DNA from: Candidatus Geocrenenecus huangii
GTDB taxonomy: Archaea > Thermoproteota > Nitrososphaeria_A > Caldarchaeales > Wolframiiraptoraceae
Length of the DNA: 64,000 nt
Reading direction: 5' to 3'
NCBI GenBank assembly: GCA_023254095.1
Contig: JALNLM010000001.1
Span: forward strand, 141,560-205,559
Each line of letters starts with the position of its first letter. The first letter of the stretch is position 1. Made by a program: the position numbers and the translations under genes. The notes beneath the pieces were generated by a model. That model worked only from the letters and a program-made list of their open reading frames with translations. It ran no database searches and was not told the origin of the DNA. Shown here piece by piece: positions 47,975 through 57,987 of this stretch.

Positions 47975-48733
47975 TCAGATTTTTTTAGTATGGTTGTAGA
48001 ATGCTACAGCGAGATGTAGATATGCCCATAGATAGATTAGTTCAAGTGGGTGACCTTCCCATATTCCTCCTACCAATATCTGGTAATAGTATAATAAATC
48101 TACTATGCCGATGAGCATTAAGCCTATAGAGAGAAGGATCCAAGAGCTCTGTATTCTTCCCCCACCGAATATTAATGCACCCATTATAGCTAAGACAATG
48201 AATATTGCGTCGAACATCGGATAGATCGTAGAAATCGCTCCCTCGATGACGTTGCTGCTTGAGAATAGGGCTTCAGGGATCACGAATATAATCGTGACTA
48301 TTACTACTATCAGCCCCGATATGGAGGATATTGAGATTACTTTCTTATTGAATGCATTCTTAAACACTTTCAAGTATGAGACTAAACCAAAGTAGATTAA
48401 TGGGTAACCTAGAAGATAAAAGATGTCTGCAATTGATGGAAACGGTATTTCTATTGAATATACCAGTACGTAGATTGCCCATACTAATTCGCCTACGAAC
48501 CAAGATAACAATCCAATAAAGAAGGCAAACATAGCATAACCTAAAATGCTTCCTAATCCATACTTCCTCGTAGCAAAATAAGCTGAGAAAACTGGTACAA
48601 GAGCGTAAACGGGAAAGATCATGTTCGAGGAAACTCTTATGAATTCTCGATCAAAGTATCCATAAAGATAGATTATGAAGGAAATAAATGCTAGCATAAT
48701 ACAAAAAACGTAGAACTTCTCCAACTTAGACAT
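47975..48733 (-). CDS. Multi-pass membrane protein resembling a stand-alone sensor input domain
   Basis: About 8 TM helices; PFPSIADIFYLLGYP and YPMFD motifs; no cytoplasmic output domain. Confidence 0.75.
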   Translation of the reverse strand: MSKLEKFYVFCIMLAFISFIIYLYGYFDREFIRVSSNMIFPVYALVPVFSAYFATRKYGLGSILGYAMFAFFIGLLSWFVGELVWAIYVLVYSIEIPFPSIADIFYLLGYPLIYFGLVSYLKVFKNAFNKKVISISSISGLIVVIVTIIFVIPEALFSSSNVIEGAISTIYPMFDAIFIVLAIMGALIFGGGRIQSSWILLSIGLMLIGIVDLLYYYQILVGGIWEGHPLELIYLWAYLHLAVAFYNHTKKI

Positions 48734-48902
48734 TTCAAGTTTTAGATTATTGAAACCTTAAGATAAATATTGTTTTCTCTCTTTCAAAGAGAGTGAAGTT
48801 GTAGTTTACAACAACAAATAGTTAAATAGTCACTCAGAAGTAGCATTCATCATTTTTGCCATCAAATTATACTTTTTCTGATCGAACGTTAACACAGATG
48901 TA

Positions 48903-50540
48903 TTAGACCTCGCTACCTATTACTTTCTCTAGTATTTCTACAGCTTTCTCTATTCCCATATCCCATATGTATGGTCCAAGTCTTGGACCGTGATCTCTTC
49001 CAAGAAATATCTGGTAGAGTTTCTTGAAGAATTCAGGTGGATCGATACCTTGTTCTCTAGCTACAGTGAAGATTTTGTTCTGGACTTCGTTAGGTGAACC
49101 TGCTCGAGAGAACTCATTAACCAGTTTTATAACTGCTTCTCTTTCTTGACTAGTTAAGGCTACAGGTTTCTTCTTGATTTCTCCGAAGTCTCTAGCATAG
49201 TTTACGGCTAGCTTGATCTTCTTGATTTCATCATCTCCTATCTTGTAACCATATTTCGTAAGCCTGCTAACTATGAATTCTTCTTTCTTATCTTCTGGAG
49301 CGACTAATGCTAGGTCAACTATAAGTGAGTAGGGTATATGAGTTGAAGATTTTGCAGGAGGTTTAAGTAGATTCGAGTAGAGATATAATCCTTTAAGCTT
49401 TTCTCTCTCCACAACATTTTCTATCCTTATTTTATCGAAGTAAACGTCTTCTAGATAATCATATTCGTCCATGAGTTTAGGTATAGTCTCATATGAGATA
49501 ATCCTCGTACCTACAACTCTTTTAAAGAATAGGAGGAGGAGACTCTGGGGTGAGCCATATTTATACCACTCTTGTGGCGTGAAGACGTTTCCAGCTGATT
49601 TAGATATTTTCCTACCTGACTTATCCAGGAATAATTCATATCTAACATGCATCGGAGGCTCGTAGCCTAGGATATTTTTCGAGACCCAATCATTTACTTT
49701 AACTGAGTCGGCTATGTCTTTACCATATGCTTCAAACCTAACGTCTAAAGCCGACCATCTAGCTGCAAACTCCGTCTTCCATGCAAGCTTACCGTCATCT
49801 CTCCGAATATCAGCGACACCTTCAAAACCACATCCATTATACCATCTTCCTTTAATCTCCACTCCAGCACATCTATAGTGTACGATTCTCCTCTCAGGAT
49901 CATAATTGTAGGATTGAGTAGTATAGATTCGCCCACAATTCTTGCATATAGCGAAGTATGGCAAGACTTTGAGGTATTTTTCCTGACCTGTAAGTTCAGC
50001 TATAATGTTGCCTATCTTGTTTGAGTTTAATAGTATTTTATGTATAGCTTCTGAAAGCATCCCACTAGCATAGGTTTCTCTACCAGATCTGAATACGTAT
50101 TCTATCCCCGCAATGTCTAATGCTTCCCGAAGCATACCGCTCATATGATCTGAGAAGGACTTATGGCATCCGAATGGGTCGAGTATGCTTGAGACAGGCA
50201 TAAGCAAGTATTCTTCTAATTGCTTCGGGAAGCCCGCGGGTACTTTTCTTAAACCATCCATATCATCTGTGAAAGCGATTGTTTCAGCTCTATACCCCAT
50301 TTCCCTCAAAGCCATAACTATTCCATGAGCTCTTACAGCATCCGCCATACTGCCTATATGAGGTATGCCTGAGGCGCCTAGACCGCTCTCCGTCCTGATC
50401 AAGTTTAAGCGTCTTCCTAGAGCTTTTTCCCGTTCAATCAACTCGTATGCTATCTTGTCCATCCATGTTCCATGCCCTATGACTGTGGCCCCCGTATTTT
50501 CTTTTAGGCTTCTCTTAACTATCTTCCCTCCTTCAACCAT
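48903..50540 (-). CDS. lysS: Class I lysyl-tRNA synthetase
   Basis: GASGIPHIGS, DDMDGLRKVP, GKLAWK, FEAYGKD, KISKS and GPRLG. Confidence 0.96.
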   Translation of the reverse strand: MVEGGKIVKRSLKENTGATVIGHGTWMDKIAYELIEREKALGRRLNLIRTESGLGASGIPHIGSMADAVRAHGIVMALREMGYRAETIAFTDDMDGLRKVPAGFPKQLEEYLLMPVSSILDPFGCHKSFSDHMSGMLREALDIAGIEYVFRSGRETYASGMLSEAIHKILLNSNKIGNIIAELTGQEKYLKVLPYFAICKNCGRIYTTQSYNYDPERRIVHYRCAGVEIKGRWYNGCGFEGVADIRRDDGKLAWKTEFAARWSALDVRFEAYGKDIADSVKVNDWVSKNILGYEPPMHVRYELFLDKSGRKISKSAGNVFTPQEWYKYGSPQSLLLLFFKRVVGTRIISYETIPKLMDEYDYLEDVYFDKIRIENVVEREKLKGLYLYSNLLKPPAKSSTHIPYSLIVDLALVAPEDKKEEFIVSRLTKYGYKIGDDEIKKIKLAVNYARDFGEIKKKPVALTSQEREAVIKLVNEFSRAGSPNEVQNKIFTVAREQGIDPPEFFKKLYQIFLGRDHGPRLGPYIWDMGIEKAVEILEKVIGSEV

Positions 50541-50579
50541 TTTATGCCTAGAATAATAGCATCTTACTCATTCTTATCC

Positions 50580-51485
50580 TTACTCAATCTTCTTTCCATA
50601 GACACATCTGGACTCCGGATCGTATCTTACTTGGAACCCCGCTCTCCTCATTCTTTCCATCACACCTCTCCATATCTTCTTTCCAGAATGTATGCCTGGC
50701 TGCCCAACATAATGAACTATTCTCCCATTCTTTTTCAATGCTTCTGCAAGCTTGAAGTAGAATTCTAAGCTATATAGTTCTCCAGATAAAGATATTCGCG
50801 GAGGGTCATGTATTATTACGTCAAAATATTCTGAGTATTCTTCCACTCCCTGAAACACGTTTCCAAGATAGATCTCTATCTTTTCATCTTCTAGCCCACT
50901 TGACCAGGGATTAAAAGATGCTATCTTTAACACGTTTTCATCAACTTCAAACGTTTTTACACTGCAGGCTCCCCGCTTGATCGCCTCTATCGCCGTGTAT
51001 CCTAGCCCCATACAGGTATCGAGGATCCTAGAACATCTAAGACTCCCAAGTAAGGATAGCTTCATCTCCGTATCTACATCTGGGGTGATGTCCTTAATTC
51101 TATGCATATGAATTCCGTCAATCTCTAATGTTGGGGGATGACCCCACTTAACCAGTACTAGTTTGTAGAAATGCTCGCCTGCGATACTTAATGGCATAAT
51201 TTCACCCTTCTCAACATAGTAGATGTCTCTTTCCCTATTCATAATTCCTTCCAGCTTGCTCCATTCAATGAACTCGTTTCTCAAGTGTACACCTTCACTA
51301 GTAATGTTACAGACTTCTTTGGAGAGACCTAGGTCGAGAGAAAACTCGATATTACTGTTTCCCAATCTCCTAGCCTTAAAGATCTGTGAAACAAGGTGGC
51401 TGCATAATAATGGTCTATTAGCCCAGCTAAATTTTACTGGTCTCCAGTAACCCATCACTACATAGAAGATATTTAGCCTACCCAT
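50580..51485 (-). CDS. Predicted archaeal SAM-dependent methyltransferase (COG2521-like)
   Basis: PTLEIDGIHMH, LDTCMGLGYTA, NPWS, HDPPR and GELYS. Confidence 0.85.
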   Translation of the reverse strand: MGRLNIFYVVMGYWRPVKFSWANRPLLCSHLVSQIFKARRLGNSNIEFSLDLGLSKEVCNITSEGVHLRNEFIEWSKLEGIMNRERDIYYVEKGEIMPLSIAGEHFYKLVLVKWGHPPTLEIDGIHMHRIKDITPDVDTEMKLSLLGSLRCSRILDTCMGLGYTAIEAIKRGACSVKTFEVDENVLKIASFNPWSSGLEDEKIEIYLGNVFQGVEEYSEYFDVIIHDPPRISLSGELYSLEFYFKLAEALKKNGRIVHYVGQPGIHSGKKIWRGVMERMRRAGFQVRYDPESRCVYGKKIE

Positions 51486-51590
51486 TATGTTTTACCATCT
51501 CATGGAAACATAGATAAATAATGAGTTAACCTTCTCTGTTTCCGGTTAAACATTATCTATTTATTTTCTTCTATGATGATCTTAGAATGA

Positions 51591-52388
51591 ATGAGAAGAG
51601 CTATTGTAATATCGAGAGCTGACCCTGTATCGATGGGTATCGCTGAGATCTTGATAGAATCATTCAATTTCAGTATTAGAGAAGGAATCTATAGGAAAGG
51701 CGAAGTTGAGCTACATTTCATAGATGAAAAGCATATCTACGCTGAGATGATTGGGGAGAGGTTAGGAGTAGATCTGGTAGTCTTTCCTTCATCTCATAAG
51801 TCTGAAAAGGGTATCCGGGCATTCTTAACACATGCAGTAGGGAACTGGAGAGATGAAGCATCTTATGGTGGAAGACCTAGGAAGCTATCTAAGACTAGTG
51901 CATTGATGCTCAGAAAATCTCTTCAAACACTTTTAGAAGAAGTTGGTAGTCTTCGCATAGATGGATGGGATGTTAGACTAGAGGTCACACATCATGGCCC
52001 ATTCACTGAAGTCCCTACGATCTTCGTGGAAGTAGGTGGAGATGAAAATTCTACCCCAGGTGAAAAAGAGCTGGAAGTTGTAGCCACAGCTTCTTTAAAA
52101 GCTGCTGAGACAGAGATAAGAAAAGATGAAGAAGTAGCCATAGGATTCGGGGGAGGACATTACGCTCCAACATTTACGAAGCTTGTAGCCAACGGATCAT
52201 ACAATATAGGTCATATGTGCCCTAAGTATGCTCTACCTATAGATAGAGAAGTAGTAAGAGAAGCTATAGAAAAAATTGTAGAAAAAACCACTCAAGCATT
52301 AATAGATTGGAAAGGTATACCTTCAGATTATAGGAGGACTCTTGTAAACATACTTGAATCTTACGGTTTAGAGATTGTAAAAACCTAG
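51591..52388 (+). CDS. dtdA: D-aminoacyl-tRNA deacylase (archaeal DTD2)
   Basis: SSHKS, THAVGN, EVTHHGP, FVEVG, GFGGGHYAP and IDWKG. Confidence 0.92.
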   Translation: MRRAIVISRADPVSMGIAEILIESFNFSIREGIYRKGEVELHFIDEKHIYAEMIGERLGVDLVVFPSSHKSEKGIRAFLTHAVGNWRDEASYGGRPRKLSKTSALMLRKSLQTLLEEVGSLRIDGWDVRLEVTHHGPFTEVPTIFVEVGGDENSTPGEKELEVVATASLKAAETEIRKDEEVAIGFGGGHYAPTFTKLVANGSYNIGHMCPKYALPIDREVVREAIEKIVEKTTQALIDWKGIPSDYRRTLVNILESYGLEIVKT

Positions 52389-52457
52389 GGTCCACGGTAC
52401 TTGAACCCGTTATACAGCAATGTTCTTAAATAAAACTTATAACATAGATACATTGGA

Positions 52458-52832
52458 ATGCAACTCCCCTCGGAAATAGAAGCGAAATACGTACTTCCAG
52501 CTCTTAGAGCACTGATAGCTAAAAAGCTCGTCTTAGAGAAGGGGTATACTCAAGAGAAAGCAGCTAAAATTGTTGGCGTAACGCAGGCAGCTATCAGTAA
52601 TTATATTAGAGGCGTTAGAGGAGCTAGAACCTACTGGGAGAATAATCCCGCTATTCTCAAACATGTAGATAAAATTGTGGAGTTGATAGCAGGCAGAGGT
52701 GACCCTAAAGATATAACTAGAGAATTCAATCAATTATTGATGGAGTTGAGAAGAAAAGGCATTCTCTGCCAACTACATAAGGGTATCGAACCATTCATAG
52801 ACACTAGCGAATGCAAGGTTTGCTTCGAGTAA
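52458..52832 (+). CDS. HTH transcriptional regulator with C-terminal Cys/His metal site (COG2522-like)
   Basis: LPALRALIA, TQEKAAKIVGVTQAAISNY..G.RG, CQLH and CKVC. Confidence 0.85.
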   Translation: MQLPSEIEAKYVLPALRALIAKKLVLEKGYTQEKAAKIVGVTQAAISNYIRGVRGARTYWENNPAILKHVDKIVELIAGRGDPKDITREFNQLLMELRRKGILCQLHKGIEPFIDTSECKVCFE

Positions 52833-52849
52833 GCAGGTGATACAAGATA

Positions 52850-53137
52850 GTGAAGGTAGTCGTTAAAGCTTATGCAACTATACGAGAAGCCATCGATGAG
52901 TATGGAAGAATAATGATCGAGCTTTCAGATCATGCAACCGTGAAAGATCTCCTCGATACGTTATCAAGAAGGTTTGGTGAGAGGTTTAATAGGGAAGTGT
53001 TAGAGACTGATGGGACGCTTAAGAAGACGGTGAAAGTATTTGTAAACGGGAGAGACATAGAGTTCATAAATGGGTTATCCACGGAGCTTGATGAGGGGGA
53101 TGAAGTAGTGTTAATTCCACCTGTAGCGGGTGGATGA
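52850..53137 (+). CDS. MoaD/SAMP ubiquitin-like sulfur carrier
   Basis: YATIRE, VNGRDI and C-terminal IPPVAGG. Confidence 0.93.
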   Translation: MKVVVKAYATIREAIDEYGRIMIELSDHATVKDLLDTLSRRFGERFNREVLETDGTLKKTVKVFVNGRDIEFINGLSTELDEGDEVVLIPPVAGG

Positions 53138-53165
53138 TTCCCAGCGTAGAAAGAGCTAGATCTTT

Positions 53166-54374
53166 TTAGAATCCTTTCATCGCTAATTCTATTACTTTTT
53201 CTACGGTTTTTTCAATATGTTTAGGAAGCTCCATCATCGAGATATCCAGGAATCCACGTATCAAGATTGATTCTGCTTCTTCTCTTCTCAAACCTCTAGC
53301 TCTTAGATAAAATAATTGTTCCTCTGCTATCTTCCCAATCGCAGCTTCATGTGTAAGCTCTGACTCCATGTTTCTAGAGACGAGGACTGGTATTGCCGAG
53401 ACCTCAGCTTCGTTGGATAACATTAAAGCTCTACAGCTAATATGCCCTTTAACTTTTGGAGCTTCAGAAATTATCGCCCCCCTATTCATCAGTTTAGTTC
53501 TCCCAGAAGCGACAGCGTTCGTAACTAGCTCGATACCGGATCCAGCATCTTTAACATTCACTTCGCCGCCCAGGTCCATATTTGATTCTCCCACTACATA
53601 TAAGATGTTATTCATCGAAAGTCTTGCGTTCTTCCCTTCGACGATTGCATGTGGATAAGATTGTAGAGAGCCGACTTCCCCGATAACTACATAGTTGTAT
53701 AAGAGCTTTGCTCCATTCTCAAGTATTATTCCAGTCCTAGGTCTTACATGAAGTCCTCTACCCCACCTATGTATCATTGTGTAGTTTAGTTTAGCATTGT
53801 TTTTGACATATATTTCGGTCACTCCTATGTGGAGACCACTAGCAATCTTTGAATAATTTGTGCATCCAGTTATCACATTTGCCTCAGATCCTTCTTCTGC
53901 AACTATTATGTTATGAATACTCTGGACGAGGCTGGGGGAATACATGAAAAAGCAAGCTTGTATCGGTAGATGTATCTTCCTACCTTCTAGTATTCTTAGA
54001 AAGTATCCGCTTTTCTCGTTCTTCGCAACGAATGCGGTATACTTATCCTCATAGGGGGACTTAAGCTTCCAGTAAATATCTCTAACCCATTCATACTTTT
54101 CTAAGGCTTCTGTTAAACTCATTAATTCTATATCTTCTTCAAACTTTTTCTGAATAGTCTTAAAGACTACATCGTGATCGATCTGTAAATACGTATTCAA
54201 CTGGTCTCTTCTAGATAGGTCCACGCCAACATTGTAGCTTTCCCTCACTATAGTTTCATCAAGATTTGATTGGCCGAAACTCTCCATGCCATATTGTGAT
54301 ATGTCTACGTCTGGACCGTAAGCTGCAGGTTTATTCAAAGCTTTCTCTATCTCCTCCTTGTCAAGGAACATCAT
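53166..54374 (-). CDS. sufB: SufB/SufD family Fe-S scaffold (SmsB type)
   Basis: GYFLRI, PIQAC, ITGC, HVRPR and LTHEAAIGKI. Confidence 0.9.
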   Translation of the reverse strand: MMFLDKEEIEKALNKPAAYGPDVDISQYGMESFGQSNLDETIVRESYNVGVDLSRRDQLNTYLQIDHDVVFKTIQKKFEEDIELMSLTEALEKYEWVRDIYWKLKSPYEDKYTAFVAKNEKSGYFLRILEGRKIHLPIQACFFMYSPSLVQSIHNIIVAEEGSEANVITGCTNYSKIASGLHIGVTEIYVKNNAKLNYTMIHRWGRGLHVRPRTGIILENGAKLLYNYVVIGEVGSLQSYPHAIVEGKNARLSMNNILYVVGESNMDLGGEVNVKDAGSGIELVTNAVASGRTKLMNRGAIISEAPKVKGHISCRALMLSNEAEVSAIPVLVSRNMESELTHEAAIGKIAEEQLFYLRARGLRREEAESILIRGFLDISMMELPKHIEKTVEKVIELAMKGF

Positions 54375-54478
54375 GTAGATCCTTCCCGGACAATGATCCC
54401 GTTAGTCAATATGTAAACCTTCCTTTCCCGAATCTTCGAGATATCATGGAAGTCCAAGCGTGAAGCTTGCCGTAAAGG

Positions 54479-55222
54479 TTATGGTCTAAAAGATATACAT
54501 CTTTCACACCATCCATAACCCTTCTTCATAATCTGCTCAAACATCTGTTCCGGGTCTCCCTCACATACTATCGTTCCATTGATCATAACATGCGATTTCG
54601 TAGGCTTGAGATACTTCAATATATGTCCATGGTGAGTAATTATCAATGCGGATTTATTAATTAGGGCTTCAGAGAGTGCACGTCCTATAATCTCTAGGTT
54701 TTCTACATCTACGCCTGAGTCTGGCTCATCGAGTATTATGAATTCTGGGTCTGCCGCAAGTACTTGTAGTATTTCGGTTTTCTTTATCTCTCCTCCCGAA
54801 AACCCTACATTTAAAGATCGGGATAATATATCGTTCGGTATCTTTAATTTCTCTAGGTATTCGACCATCTTAGGATTCTTTGCTTTATTGTTAGCTATTA
54901 CGTTGAGTAGTTCTTTTAATCTAACTCCATGGATCTTTGGCGGATTCTGGAATGCAACACCTATACCGAGGTTTATCCGTTCTTCTATAGGTTTGTCCGT
55001 AATATCTATTCCTTTAAAGAAGATCTTTCCACTTATAATCTTGTATGATGGATGACCTATGATCGTCATTACTAGAGAAGATTTACCTGAACCGTTTGGC
55101 CCGAACAATACATGTATCTCTCTTTCACCGATTTCAAGGTTAACATCTCTTAGTACGTGTCTACCATCGACAACAGCATTCACTCCCTTTACCGTGAATA
55201 TCATAATATCCATAATCAACAA
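54479..55222 (-). CDS. sufC: SufC-like ABC ATPase (SmsC type)
   Basis: GPNGSGKS, GFSGGE and DEPDSGVD; C-terminal CX18CXXC. Confidence 0.9.
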   Translation of the reverse strand: MLIMDIMIFTVKGVNAVVDGRHVLRDVNLEIGEREIHVLFGPNGSGKSSLVMTIIGHPSYKIISGKIFFKGIDITDKPIEERINLGIGVAFQNPPKIHGVRLKELLNVIANNKAKNPKMVEYLEKLKIPNDILSRSLNVGFSGGEIKKTEILQVLAADPEFIILDEPDSGVDVENLEIIGRALSEALINKSALIITHHGHILKYLKPTKSHVMINGTIVCEGDPEQMFEQIMKKGYGWCERCISFRP

Positions 55223-55313
55223 TATCTTTTTGACTAATTAAGATAACCGGGTAAGATGTAGATTATTAATAAATTCTTAAATCCTGTCTAGTAATCAGCT
55301 TGAGATAGCAGGT

Positions 55314-56072
55314 ATGCAGTCCCTTAGCATGAGAGAGCTAGAAAGATATGATAGGCAGATAAGGATTATGGATTTAGGAGTCGACGGTCAGCTTAAGCTT
55401 AAAGATTCTAGAGTACTAGTTGTAGGAGTAGGGGGGCTGGGTGGAGTTGCTGCAATGTATTTAGCTGCAACTGGAGTTGGATTTATAAGAATAGTTGATA
55501 GCGGTGTACTAGAATTGAATAACTTAAACCGCCAAATACCATATTCTGAAAAAGATATTGGGAGACTAAAAGTTGAGGCTGCTGCTGAAAGACTGACTTC
55601 TCTTAACTCAGATATTGTCATCGAACCTATACCACAGATGATTACATCCGAGAACATAGATGCGTTACTGAAAGATGTAGACTTAGTTGTAGATGGATTG
55701 GATAATTTCGAGGCAAGATTACTAGTTAACGATAAATGTGTCGAGCTCGGAATACCTTTTATCCATGGAGCAGTGTATTCTTTTGAAGGTAGATTAATGA
55801 CTATCATACCCGGCAAGACTCCATGCCTAAGATGCTTGGTACCCTCTCCCCCACTAAGCCACGACATCATACCCGTAATAGGACCTGTACCTGGAGTAAT
55901 CGGATGCCTTGAAGCACTTGAAGCAGTGAAGATAATCACAGAGATGGGAAAACCATTCACTGATAAAATACTAGTTTTTGATGGTTTAAGCCTCGAGTTT
56001 ACATCAATACCTATTTCCAGGTCGCCTAACTGCCCTATATGTTCCAAATATTATTTAAGACAATTGGAATAA
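55314..56072 (+). CDS. ubaA: E1-like ThiF/MoeB (UbaA) adenylyltransferase
   Basis: RYDRQI, GVGGLG, NNLNRQ, DGLDN, PCLRC and CPIC. Confidence 0.9.
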   Translation: MQSLSMRELERYDRQIRIMDLGVDGQLKLKDSRVLVVGVGGLGGVAAMYLAATGVGFIRIVDSGVLELNNLNRQIPYSEKDIGRLKVEAAAERLTSLNSDIVIEPIPQMITSENIDALLKDVDLVVDGLDNFEARLLVNDKCVELGIPFIHGAVYSFEGRLMTIIPGKTPCLRCLVPSPPLSHDIIPVIGPVPGVIGCLEALEAVKIITEMGKPFTDKILVFDGLSLEFTSIPISRSPNCPICSKYYLRQLE

Positions 56073-56087
56073 ATAAAAATGGAGGTT

Positions 56088-57920
56088 CTAGATTATCCCT
56101 AGTTCTCTTAGGCGTTGTTGAGGCACGGTTCCATCCATGTTCCATCCATGTTTCTTGTAGTATTCATCTAGTAGCTTGTTAAATGTTGCATCATCTATTA
56201 CGTGGCCTTTTGAGGGCCCAGTGGGGGATGGTGTAGTCATGAACCTTCTCGGAAGAGTATCATCTTTACGTGATAATCCATGAAGTTGATTGAAATATCT
56301 CTCCTGAGTCCAGACCCGCTCACCTATGTTCAGCACATCCTCAGCTGTTATATCCCATCCAGTATACGCTGAGAACAGTGCTGCATAATCTTCAGGTCCG
56401 AGAGCGAATGTACTGAACTTGCACATATCGAGGCTATCTGTAAATGCGAATAGCCTTTCCAGTAGATGTACGAGTTCCACCTTATTTTCTACCGCTAGAG
56501 GATCCGTCTTATAGGGTATTCCAAGGATCTCTGATGCAGGGGTATAAGCTCTTAGATGGCATGCTCCTCTATTAGATACAGCGTATCCAAGCGCGAATCC
56601 TTTCAATCCTCTAGGATCATAGGCTGGGATGCTCATTCCTTTCACAGACATGGATAAGTCCGGGTCCCCGAATATCTTGGCTGCCTTAGCTCCCCCTTCA
56701 GCCAAAGTATTTCCTAGGTCTCCCTCTCTATATGCTAGTTTCTTGGTAAGTTCGACGAACTTATCGACATCGCCCCATTTTATTTCCTCCTTTATCAATC
56801 TTCTTTCAGAGGCTTCCGCAGCTACTGCTAGAGTGTTTCCAAGCTCTATAGTATCCAATCCATACAGGTTTGCTAGGTAGTTTAGGTAGGATACTGCTTC
56901 TATGTGACCTACACCTATCATTGCTCCAAGAGCCCATATCGTTTCATATTCTGGCCCTTCAGACTTGTGCTTGAATTTCCCATCTAATACTTGTGAATCC
57001 CTCTTACAGGCCACTGGACATGCATGACATGTAGGCGTATCTCTGAGTATAGTTCCTCTAAGATTCTCTCCAGAGATATAGTACGCGAACTCAAACATCG
57101 TATCTTTAGCATTTCTCGTAGGCCATGCACCGATCTCGTTAACTACATTGACTAATACAGATGTCCCGTATACTGAGAGCCCACCTTTCTTAGGTCCGGT
57201 GACAGGGCTCTCCATAATCTTCTTTAGAGCTTGTTGTCTAGCTTTCTCAAATTCATCTGGTCTAGAGGGTTGAGGCATATCTTTCTCCTCTCCAATTATT
57301 GCTATACATTTAACTTTCTTCGATCCCATAACGGCCCCCATTCCTGCTCTTCCTGAAGCTCTGGCAGCTGATTGTTTACCATAATGCATGATGTTTGCGA
57401 ATAATATCTTGTTCTCTCCAGCGGGTCCTATTCCATAGAATTGTACACCTTCCCCATGCTTCTCACGTAACATGTGGTATGCTTCTTCCGTAGTTTTACC
57501 CCACAAGTTTGATGCATCCTCGATAGATACTGTTTTATTCTTTACAAGAAGATAGACGGGCTTATCGCTTGCGCCTGCTAGGACTACGCCATCGAATCCA
57601 GCCCATTTCAATGTTGCTCCAGCCCATCCGCCTGCATGACTATCTCCGAAAATGCTGGTTAAAGGTGATCTAGATACTGCGCATATTCTGCCGCTCATCG
57701 GTGTTAATGTTCCTGTTAAAGGTCCAACCATTATCGCTAATACATTCTCAGGTGAAAGTGGGTTCTTGCCAACGGAATTTTTTAAGACTATTCTACCTCC
57801 GAGCCCTCTTCCACCGATGAATTTCCTTGCTTCTTCTTCATCTATCTCGTGATACTCAATCTTCTTCCCTGTTAAATCTACCCACGCAATCCTATTTGCA
57901 TATCCTCCAGCCTTAACCAT
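56088..57920 (-). CDS. aor: Aldehyde:ferredoxin oxidoreductase family tungstoenzyme (second copy)
   Basis: IGGRGLG, SPLT, GRAGMGAVMGSK, CHACPVAC, PEYET and RGACHLR. Confidence 0.93.
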   Translation of the reverse strand: MVKAGGYANRIAWVDLTGKKIEYHEIDEEEARKFIGGRGLGGRIVLKNSVGKNPLSPENVLAIMVGPLTGTLTPMSGRICAVSRSPLTSIFGDSHAGGWAGATLKWAGFDGVVLAGASDKPVYLLVKNKTVSIEDASNLWGKTTEEAYHMLREKHGEGVQFYGIGPAGENKILFANIMHYGKQSAARASGRAGMGAVMGSKKVKCIAIIGEEKDMPQPSRPDEFEKARQQALKKIMESPVTGPKKGGLSVYGTSVLVNVVNEIGAWPTRNAKDTMFEFAYYISGENLRGTILRDTPTCHACPVACKRDSQVLDGKFKHKSEGPEYETIWALGAMIGVGHIEAVSYLNYLANLYGLDTIELGNTLAVAAEASERRLIKEEIKWGDVDKFVELTKKLAYREGDLGNTLAEGGAKAAKIFGDPDLSMSVKGMSIPAYDPRGLKGFALGYAVSNRGACHLRAYTPASEILGIPYKTDPLAVENKVELVHLLERLFAFTDSLDMCKFSTFALGPEDYAALFSAYTGWDITAEDVLNIGERVWTQERYFNQLHGLSRKDDTLPRRFMTTPSPTGPSKGHVIDDATFNKLLDEYYKKHGWNMDGTVPQQRLRELGII

Positions 57921-57987
57921 TTTCGTAAAGAATAAATATAGAGATAGAATATATTGTTTATGTAATCATAATGTGCCAGGTATTACC

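Noticed and set aside
52388-52412. tRNA-like T-arm on the minus strand (ACGGGTTCAAGTACCGT)
   Set aside because: The G53-C61 pair is broken and there is no D arm, anticodon arm or acceptor stem.
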